A stretch of 63,728 nucleotides of DNA, the filler included, from Octopus bimaculoides (taxonomy: Eukaryota), in NCBI RefSeq assembly GCF_001194135.2. It is 7 parts of 6 records of this genome, joined end to end, with 100 filler letters (N's around TTAATTAATTAA, not from the genome) between each part and the next. Parts side by side here need not be neighbours in the genome. Positions count along the whole stretch, not along the records: positions 43,369 to 55,173 come from NC_068991.1; positions 55,274 to 62,247 come from NC_068987.1; positions 62,348 to 63,728 come from NW_026362324.1; 4 more parts are not named here. The stretch is one strand, 5' to 3'. The notes below the pieces were generated by a model. It saw nothing but the letters and a program-made list of their open reading frames with translations. It did no database searches and was not told the DNA's origin. The translations under genes were made by a program, and so were the position numbers. Of the stretch, positions 54,521 to 63,728 are shown one piece after another. Numbering within the stretch: position 1 is the stretch's first letter; each line of letters begins with the position of its first letter.

Positions 54521-54716
54521 TTAAATACATTATGTGCATTTTGCTTATGTGCATACATGCATTAATACTCTCTTTCACTTATATACATTTGCTTATGCAC
54601 AGTCATATATTTAGAGAGCTACAAAATATGTCTATATAATCTCTCGTTACAGCTTTTTATTATACAACCTTTCATTACAGTTTTTTTTTTCTTTTCTAAT
54701 TTCATATTTTTCTTAG

Positions 54717-54783
54717 CATTCTGAAACTGCTCTCCTTAAAGTTCGAACCATTGTCAATCGGAATGAAAATGAAATCATCCCAG
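54717..54783 (+). CDS. MON2: MON2 second coding exon
   Basis: TTTTCTTAG| acceptor, CAG|GTAAG donor, 67 nt, phase 0/1: HSETALLKVRTIVNRNENEIIP (compare human [21 protein letters not shown]). Confidence 0.85.
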
Positions 54784-55459
54784 GTAAGCAGTTTTCAATA
54801 CTGATCCCTTTAATTGCTCCTTTGTAAATTAAACGTGTACTTTTCTTACATATATATGCATCTCGTTGTTACTTGGTGCTAGCTTTGCAGCTGAGCTTCA
54901 GACTGAACAAAGGAAATTATTATTAATGGCTTTGACATTCATCATCATCATCATCATCATCGTTTAACGTCCGCTTTCCATGCTAGCATGGGTTGGACGA
55001 TTTGACTGAGGACTGGTGAAACCGGATGGCAACACCAGGCTCCAGTCTGATTTGGCAGAGTTTCTACAGCTGGATGCCCTTCCTAACGCCAACCACTCAG
55101 AGAGTGTAGTGGGTGCTTTTACGTGTCACCCGCACGAAAACGGCCACGCTCGAAATGGTGTCTTTTATGTGCCNNNNNNNNNNNNNNNNNNNNNNNNNNN
55201 NNNNNNNNNNNNNNNNNTTAATTAATTAANNNNNNNNNNNNNNNNNNNNNNNNNNNNNNNNNNNNNNNNNNNNGGGAACGGACGAAAGGGTGGAAGTGGA
55301 GGAATAATAGAAAAGGGGTGGAAGAGGGAAGTCCGAGAAGGGTGTGTGTCTGAAAAGACGGATAGGGGTAGGTGGTGGTGAAAAGTCCAAGGAGAGAGTT
55401 TGAAAAGTCCGAAGTGAGGAGTGAAAAGACGGAGGAGGGGGGCTAAAAAGTCGGAGGAG

Positions 55460-55860
55460 GTCTTGACCATAGTGTTGAGCCGCTTCACATAGGTCATCTG
55501 AACGAAGCCTTAAGCCCTGTTGAAAGATATGGGGTGGCATGACTCTCACTACTGACACACCCAAAGACCATCGCAGTTTGGAAGGACTTGGTTTTCATGA
55601 CGTCCAGGTCATGTCTTTCAACCTTTATAATGTCCACAGAGCATTGGGCAGCAGTCATGATGTCAGAATTTTTACATCCGGCGTGAATCAACATGACACA
55701 GCTAACACTTTGCCAATTTTCAGATGGCTTCCTGTCATCCATCTCAGTTTTTTTTTCTCTCCTAATTACAACTTTAATCTTCCTGCTCTCCAACACCGTC
55801 GGTTGTTCACCAATACATCAAGCTGTTCCAGAAAAACAGGAAACAAAAAATCGTCAAATT
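55460..55860 (-). mobile_element. Internally deleted maT/DD37D-like Tc1-mariner transposase remnant
   Basis: VMLIHAG..SDIMTAAQCS (HTH-like) joined to AMVFGCVSSE..MPPHIFQQGLRL..YVKRLNTMVK. Confidence 0.65.
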
Positions 55861-55878
55861 TATCCCTAACACCCTGTG

Positions 55879-55915
<37 letters not shown>

Positions 55916-56741
55916 CATATGTATGTATATATATATGTATGTGTATATATAAGTGTGTGTGNNNNNNNNNNNNNNNNNNNNNNNNNNNNNNNNNNNNNNN
56001 NNNNNNNNNNNNNNNNNNNNNNNNNNNNNNNNNNNNNNNNNNNNNNNNNNNNNNNNNNNNNNNNNNNNNNNNNNNNNNNNNNNNNNNNNNNNNNNNNNNN
56101 NNNNNNNNNNNNNNNNNNNNNNNNNNNNNNNNNNNNNNNNNNNNNNNNNNNNNNNNNNNNNNNNNNNNNNNNNNNNNNNNNNNNNNNNNNNNNNNNNNNN
56201 NNNNNNNNNNNNNNNNNNNNNNNNNNNNNNNNNNNNNNNNNNNNNNNNNNNNNNNNNNNNNNNNNNNNNNNNNNNNNNNNNNNNNNNNNNNNNNNNNNNN
56301 NNNNNNNNNNNNNNNNNNNNNNNNNNNNNNNNNNNNNNNNNNNNNNNNNNNNNNNNNNNNNNNNNNNNNNNNNNNNNNNNNNNNNNNNNNNNNNNNNNNN
56401 NNNNNNNNNNNNNNNNNNNNNNNNNNNNNNNNNNNNNNNNNNNNNNNNNNNNNNNNNNNNNNNNNNNNNNNNNNNNNNNNNNNNNNNNNNNNNNNNNNNN
56501 NNNNNNNNNNNNNNNNNNNNNNNNNNNNNNNNNNNNNNNNNNNNNNNNNNNNNNNNNNNNNNNNNNNNNNNNNNNNNNNNNNNNNNNNNNNNNNNNNNNN
56601 NNNNNNNNNNNNNNNNNNNNNNNNNNNNNNNNNNNNNNNNNNNNNNNNNNNNNNNNNNNNNNNNNNNNNNNNNNNNNNNNNNNNNNNNNNNNNNNNNNNN
56701 NNNNNNNNNNNNNNNNNNNNNNNNNNNNNNNNNNNNNNNNN

Positions 56742-57084
56742 GGTTATTCAAAAAGAACCAACTGATTTCATTACGCAATGTTTTAATAAGGAAAGACAAC
56801 TCCAGCTAAGTCACAAGTATTTACATCTTCCGACAAGAAAAAAACCACACACGGTGGATACCACACTCAGTGGATCGTGATATGCTGATACGCGTCTGGA
56901 AGGAATTCTCTTATCGCATTGACGTTGCCCGTGTTGCAGGTGGTGGCCACATTGAACACTTGTAAGACAAGAAATAAAAGTTGATTGTGAGTAAATACTC
57001 CTGACTTAGCTGGAGTTTTTTTATTGCTTTTCCTTATTAAAATATTGTGTAATGAAATCGGTTCATTCTTTTTCAATAACACTG
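56742..57084 (+). mobile_element. Non-autonomous Tc1/mariner element with long TIRs and a transposase C-terminal remnant
   Basis: About 85-bp inverted termini, right end AATAACACTG|TA; VDRDMLIRVWKEFSYRIDVARVAGGGHIEHL*. Confidence 0.75.
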
Positions 57085-58849
57085 TATCTATAACAGTCAC
57101 ACATAAAAAAGTCTATTTAATTAAGTTTAGTCGAACAAGGGAAATAACTTGCTCCAACTATAAATTTAAATATTTTAAGAATTATGTCCCTTAACATATT
57201 TTTTTCCTCATTTCAAAAGCAATTTAAATAAATGTCATTTAATTAATAATTATCGTATTTGCCAGGGTATAACACGCGTTTTTTTAATTTTTGGGGGATA
57301 TATCTAAAAATTGTGCTGCATCTAATACAGTCATATTATAGATAGGAGTCTTGTTACAGTCACTGGAGAGCGACCATTCGTTGCGCATCACCTCGAAGGG
57401 TTTTAGTCAAACAAATGGACCTCGCTGCTTGTATATATGCATATTTTAGGTCTGGTAGTTATTTCATTGATCATTTTTACCGAACCGCTAAGTTACGGGG
57501 ACGTAAACAAACCAACAATGCTTGTGAAGCGGTATGAGATACAAATACAAACACACGCCCCCACCCTACAAACCGTAATTGAGCTGCATCATGCTGGAGC
57601 ACCGCTCAAACAAATCGAGCCCAGGCCTTATTTTAATGGTGGTTCTTATTGTATCGGTCTATTTTATCGAGCCACCATGTTACAGAGACGTAAAAAAAAA
57701 ACAAGGTTTCCGCACAGTTTCCGCGTACCTAATTCACACACAAGACATTGGTCGGCCTGGGGTAGTGCCACGCAGTGTGACCGAACCCGAAACAATCTGG
57801 CTTCAAAGTGAGCTTCTTTTCCTCTCAGTCATGCCCGGGCCAATCCTTCATCTCTTATCTGTTACTTGTTTCAGTCATTGGACTGAGGCCATGGTGGAGC
57901 ACCGCCATAAAGGGCTTCGGAGAACAAACTGATGCCTCTACCTATTTTCTAAAGCCTAGATGTTGTCTAAAGATTTTTACAATGTGATCAGCGACGAGAC
58001 GAAGGTAATTGCATTTTTACAAGAAACCAACAGTAAATTCACATGATGTCTTAAGAAAATGAAAGGTGCCATTTGCCGTGTGATCTACAATTTAAAGGGA
58101 GATTACTTTAGGTTGCTTTTTACTTTACTTTATGTTGGTGCTACTTTCCGTGTGATCTACGTGAGCAAATTTACTTTGGTGAGTGATTTACGCACTTATT
58201 TTAATCATTATATGGTTTTCTTATTAAAATAGTAAGAGTTGTGAAAAAGTACATTTACATTGCTAAGTATGTACGGAGTGGCTGTGTGGTAAGTAGCTTG
58301 CTTACCAACCACATGGTTCTGGGTTCAGTCCCACTGCGTGACACCTTGGGCAAGTGTCTTCTACTATAGCCTCGGGCCGACCAAAGCCTTGTAAGTGGAT
58401 TTGGTAGACAGAAACTGACAGAAGCNNNNNNNNNNNNNNNNNNNNNNNNNNNNNNNNNNNNNNNNNNNNNNNNNNNNNNNNNNNNNNNNNNNNNNNNNNN
58501 NNNNNNNNNNNNNNNNNNNNNNNNNNNNNNNNNNNNNNNNNNNNNNNNNNNNNNNNNNNNNNNNNNNNNNNNNNNNNNNNNNNNNNNNNNNNNNNNNNNN
58601 NNNNNNNNNNNNNNNNNNNNNNNNNNNNNNNNNNNNNNNNNNNNNNNNNNNNNNNNNNNNNNNNNNNNNNNNNNNNNNNNNNNNNNNNNNNNNNNNNNNN
58701 NNNNNNNNNNNNNNNNNNNNNNNNNNNNNNNNNNNNNNNNNNNNNNNNNNNNNNNNNNNNNNNNNNNNNNNNNNNNNNNNNNNNNNNNNNNNNNNNNNNN
58801 NNNNNNNNNNNNNNNNNNNNNNNNNNNNNNNNNNNNNNNNNNNNNNNNN

Positions 58850-60930
58850 GCTAATGAATCTGCTAGCTCACTGCCTAAAAATGTAGGTTCAAATTTTGGC
58901 ACCAGACCAGCAATTTCGGAGGAAGAAATAAATTGATTACATCGACTCCAGTGCTCAACTGGTACTTATTTTATCGACCCCAAAAGGATGAAAGGCAAAG
59001 TCGACCCCAGCGGAATTTGAACTCAGAACGTAAAGACGGACGAAATACCGTTAAGCATTTCGCCCGGTGTGATGACGATTCCGCCAGCTCACCGCCTTAA
59101 CCTATATATGCTCATAAAAAATTTCACTGTATTTAGATTAAACGTTATGGTAAGCTTTCACAATCTGGAAGAGAAGGACAGTATGCAACTGTTAGCTACG
59201 GGTGTCGACTATCAACTGAACATTTCGTATGTTCAGTCAGATGCTTCCTGATAGTGTTCATATCCAAAAAAGTAGGAGCAGGTTTTGCGTTGCGAAAACA
59301 CAACCAGGGGTATACATGGGTTAAAAGTAATATTAAACAAAATTGTTTCAAATTTTGATAGAAGGTGAGCGATTTTAGTTGCAGGATGTTTGCCAATTAA
59401 ATCTGTTGCAGTACTTTCTTTTATTGACCACGAAAGGATGAAAAGTGAAGCTGACCTCAGCAGGAATTGAACTCAGAGTGTAAAAAGTTAGGAGATATTA
59501 CGCTAAGCAATTCTTCCGACGTTCTAACAATTCTGCCAGTTCGCTGGCTGTAATAATCTTTTCTACTAAAGGCACACGGCTTGAAATTCGTAGAGATGGG
59601 GGTGAGGACTAGCCGATTACATCGATCCCAGTGTTTCACGGGTACTTAATTTATCGATCCCGAAAGAATGAAAGGCAAAGTTGACCCCGGCGAAATTTGA
59701 ACTCAGAATGTAGCGACGGGCGAAGTACCGCTAAGCATTTCACCCGGCGTGCTAACGATTCTGCCAACTCGCTGTCGTCTGCTGCCTTTGATAATGGTTT
59801 CAAAGTTTGGCCAGACGCTAGCAGCTTTTGTTAGAGAATTTAATCGATTTATGGATGCCAAAGGGACAAAAGGCAGAATCAACCTTGGTGGGATCACCGC
59901 CTTGAATAAAAATTCTTCCTAATTTAAGCACCAAAGCAGCAGTTTTGAAGGGAAGATGCTTAGTAGATTCCATCGAACTCAGTTCGTCACTGGTCTTTTA
60001 TTTTATTGTCTCCGAAACGATGAAAGGCAAAGTTATATCCAAATACACAAACGCTCTGAAATCAAACCGCGTTGAGGCCAACCTTCTCTTTCATCCTTTC
60101 GTGGGTGGATAAAGTAAGTACTCTCCTTCGAAATCGATAAAATAAAGTACGAAGCAAGTACAGAGATCGATGGGTGTTTATTAAACCCTCCACTCAAAAT
60201 ATCGCAAGGCACTCTAGAGGTTCTGCTAACTTTACTCTTTTACTCTTACTTGTTTCAGTCATTTGACTTCCGGCTATGCTGGAGCACCATCTTTAGTCGA
60301 GCACATCGACCCCAGGACTTATTCTTTGTAAGCCTAGTACTTATTCTATCGGTCTCCTTTAGCCGAACCGCTAAGTCACGGGGNNNNNNNNNNGTCTCCT
60401 TTAGCCGAACCGCTAAGTCACGGGGACGTAAACATACCAGCATCGGTTGTCAAGCGATGTTGGGGGTACAAACACAGACACACAAGCACATACATACACA
60501 TATATATACATATATATATATACGACGGGCCTCTTTCAGTTTCCGTCTACCAAATCCACTCACAAGGCTTTGGTCGGCCCGAGGCTATAGTAGAAGACAT
60601 TTGCCCAAGGTGCCACACAGTAGGAATGAACCCGGAACCATGTGGTTGATAAGCAAGCTACTTACCACACAGCCACTCCTGCGCCTATTTCAGCTTAAAT
60701 TATTTCTAGTTTGAGAATATGGCCAACAGTTTCGAGGAGAGGGGCTTTTTCGACACCATCGACCCTACTACTTGACGGATACTTTATATTATCGCACCGG
60801 AGTGATGAAAGATAAAGTTGACTTCGGCAGGGTTTCAACTTCGACCACATAGATGTGGAAGAAATACTTAAATGCATTTTCTTCAACGCTCGAACGATTC
60901 TGCCAACGCGCTGCACTTTTGATGTGAAGG
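58850..60930. mobile_element. Dense cluster of about 7 family A SINEs (mostly -) plus a family B SINE
   Basis: Repeated CGAAAGGATGAAAGGCAAAG..GGAATTTGAACTCAG. Confidence 0.8.
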
Positions 60931-61415
60931 TGGGTGACCAAGCAGTTAGGGTATTACACAGGCGATCGCAAGATTGTGGCATCGATTCCCAGACCGGGTG
61001 GTGCATTGTGTTCTGGAGCAAAACACTTCATTTCACGTTGTTCCAGCCTACTCAGCTTCAAGTGAGTAATCCTGCGACGGACTGGCGTCTCATCCAGGGG
61101 GGAAATGTTATCTCGGTCACTTAAACGGCATGGAAACCGAGTAATCAGGCTTATGAGTCCTAAGGCTCAAGACTACAATGTGTAACGGTTGATGAGGACT
61201 GCTCTTCCGTACGAATTGTTTCTGGCATAAATTCAGAATTTGAAATATGATGGGAGAAGTTTAGTGAATAGGCGCAAGCTTGCTTACCTACCACATGGTT
61301 CTGGGTTCAGTCCCACTGCGTGGCACCTTGGGCAAGTGTCTTCTACTATAGCCTCGGGCCGACCAAAGCCTTGTGAGTGGATTTGGTAGACGGAAACTGA
61401 AAGAAGTCCGTCGTA

Positions 61416-61456
<41 letters not shown>

Positions 61457-62887
61457 GTGTGTGTGTGTGTATATATGTTTGTGTGTCTGTGTTTGTCCCC
61501 CCCCCCAACATCGCTTGACAACCGATGCTGGTGTGTTTACGTCCCCGTAACTTAGCGGTTCGGCAAAAAGAGATCGATAGAATAAGTACTAGGCTTACAA
61601 AGAATAAGTCCTGGGGTCGATTTGCTCGACTAAAGGCGGTGCTTCAGCATGGCCATAGTCAAATGACTGAAACAAGTAAAGAATGAAATCGACCAGAATA
61701 CTTGTCTTGTATTTTATTTCATTGGCCCAAGACCTTCGGAGGGAAGAAAAGCAAAATGAACGTCTGTGGAATTTGAACACAGAATAATGCATCTACTATA
61801 TGCTGCACCTCGACATAGAGCACGTACAGTGTTTGATTGATATTGCACATGTATATCTCTCCCCCTGCAGGGGTAAGTTTCATGTGCACACTTAGACAAA
61901 GAATCCACATAAAGTGAGCACAGATGCATATATGCATGTGTAGTGCACATGTGTGCATAGGAACGTACGTTCAAGCAAAAATATACGGATACATAGGTGC
62001 ATACATAGAAAGATACACAAATAAAGAATGCATTGCTTATATACATACACATATGCGTACACAAATGCATCCACACAGGCGTATATGCATAAAAGACAGC
62101 TTATGCTGTTTCTCACTTTAGCTGTGAGAAAAAATGCAGTTGTGACAGATAACAGACAGGAAGTGCTTGGAATTAAATTTAAAATAAAAGAAAAAAGATT
62201 CAGATAATAAGAATAAGGATAAATCTTTACTCGTAACTCGAATGATANNNNNNNNNNNNNNNNNNNNNNNNNNNNNNNNNNNNNNNNNNNNTTAATTAAT
62301 TAANNNNNNNNNNNNNNNNNNNNNNNNNNNNNNNNNNNNNNNNNNNNCTTTTAATTATTTTCCTTTTTGTACACACTATTTCATTGTTGTTGGTTCGTTG
62401 AATTGTTCTATGCTTTCCTCTCCCATCCCCCACGTGCTTTACTTTTCTAACTTCATGTTTTGTTTACTTCTTTGTCTCAACGTCACCTTTTATTCTTTCT
62501 CGTTTTCCTTTCGTGTTATCTATCTATCTATCTATATATATATTTGCGGGAAGGACTGCTCCAACGAAGTCGCATATTGTCCTTGCCTTCGAAACGCGGA
62601 GTAGATGGAGCAGGGACAACTGAAGAAGGGTAATATTCTTTATGTTGCATGTCTCGTTTCTCTGTTTTTTTTTCGTTGCTCGAAAAAAAAAAGAAATCTT
62701 TTTTTCTGTCTTCGTCTTTATGTTTTCGTTTCTCATTGTGTTTAACTTTTTTTCTGATGTCTTGTACCCATATATGCTTGTATATATACATATAGATGTC
62801 GGTATGTACATATATGTATGGATATATGCATATAATTTTATATTATATATATATATAGTTATTTATATATAACTCAAATAAAGAGAC

Positions 62888-63127
62888 AAAGAAATTTTTA
62901 ACATATCTTTAATTATTCGTTACAATTATTTCTCAACCAACTCTGCTTGCAACGCCAACATACGCAAAAATTCGGAGTGAAAATTTATATAATATTTACG
63001 GTTTTAGATGTTAGAGCAGCATTACGTAAACTTTCAGTTCGAATTTTTGCGTAAACTTACGTTGCAGGCAGAGTTGGTGCAGAAACAATTGTAACAAGTC
63101 ATTAAAGATGTGTCAAAGAATTTCTTT
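62888..63127. repeat. Inverted repeat (arms 62888-62993 and 63021-63127, about 81% identical, 27-nt loop) overlapping an exon end and splice donor
   Basis: Manual alignment gives 87/107 identities and one gap. Confidence 0.9.
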
Positions 63128-63300
63128 ACCTTCTCATTATTTGGATTATAATTTACTCTTCGCTCACCGCACATTACAGTGCTGCTGTCGTGAAACAAAG
63201 ATTTTGTACACTTGAAGAATTCAGGCGTTGGTCTGGAATTTGAAAATATTCGGGTTGAGTGCTCCTCTGGAAATACCCTATCTTTACACCCTACCAAGAC
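63061..63300 (-). CDS. Internal exon of a Cys-rich extracellular protein, three-finger/Ly6-like C-terminal half
   Basis: ATCTTAG| acceptor, AAC|GTAAGT donor, 240 nt, phase 0/0, open: VLVGCKDRVF..CTKSLF..MCGE..MTCYNCFCTNSACN, ending in CxCxxxxCN. Confidence 0.72.
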
Positions 63301-63685
63301 CTAAGATTCATATATGCTTGCGTATGAGAAAAATTACCTTTTTCTCAATATAAATGACTTATAAACATTTAAACAACGAAATGTTTTGAAATAACTGGCT
63401 TTAAGTGATTATCCAATCAAAACTTGAATTGAAGATAGTTCGCGTCAAAATTAACATATAACTCCACATCGTAGAACGCAAAGGAAAAAAACGAAAAACT
63501 TTGAATAGTTAAATCAAAGGATATAAAAATGAAGACCCTGAAGAAACTGCACTGGTGTTATGGTAATTGCAATTTCAGCGGTTACTGATCAATGCAGTAG
63601 AAACATGTGTAGGTCTATTTGAAGCTGTAGATATATAAAAACGAATTAAAAGTAATGCTATGCTACTTCGTAATACTCCTTACCC

Positions 63686-63728
<43 letters not shown>

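Noticed and set aside
57960-58250. Merlin/ISXO2-like transposase start (MLSKDFYNVISDETKVIAFLQE)
   Set aside because: Too short and degenerate; no catalytic motif or clear TIRs.
59137-59364. MON2 exon 3 (strong AAG|GTGAGC donor at 59364)
   Set aside because: The phase-1 readings I tried hit stops and none resembles the expected QPFLMGC motif.
62570-62635. Permuted hammerhead (CTTCGAAACGCG..CTGAAGAAGG)
   Set aside because: No UH cleavage triplet after stem III and poor stem II pairing; probably a Penelope terminal remnant.

Overview
AT-rich animal genomic DNA, most likely an octopus or other coleoid cephalopod (inferred from the abundant tRNA-derived SINE families and heavy microsatellite load; not verified by a search). 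It is mostly decayed mobile elements: R4/Dong-type RLE LINEs sitting in (TAA)n tracts, Tx1/L1, CR1, RTE, Penelope-like elements with hammerhead motifs, Gypsy fragments and LTRs, mariner/maT/hAT MITEs and several SINE families. Host genes I can support: (1) three phase-1 exons of a 10-Cys Ly6/uPAR (three-finger, quiver-like) protein on + (3832-10584); (2) the first two coding exons of MON2 on + (52702-54783); (3) a 240-nt Cys-rich exon ending CFCxxxxCN on - (63061-63300); (4) an orphan signal-peptide exon on - (37974-38037). The most striking structure is a ~107-bp inverted copy of the 3' end and splice donor of the 63-kb exon, 27 nt away in its own intron; this is a candidate ADAR editing-complementary hairpin. 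Also notable are a Penelope hammerhead with a ~100-nt stem II and a tRNA-like cassette next to an intact hammerhead in a Penelope terminus. Six artificial 100-bp linkers (N44-TTAATTAATTAA-N44) split the window into seven pieces, so order and orientation across them are uncertain.
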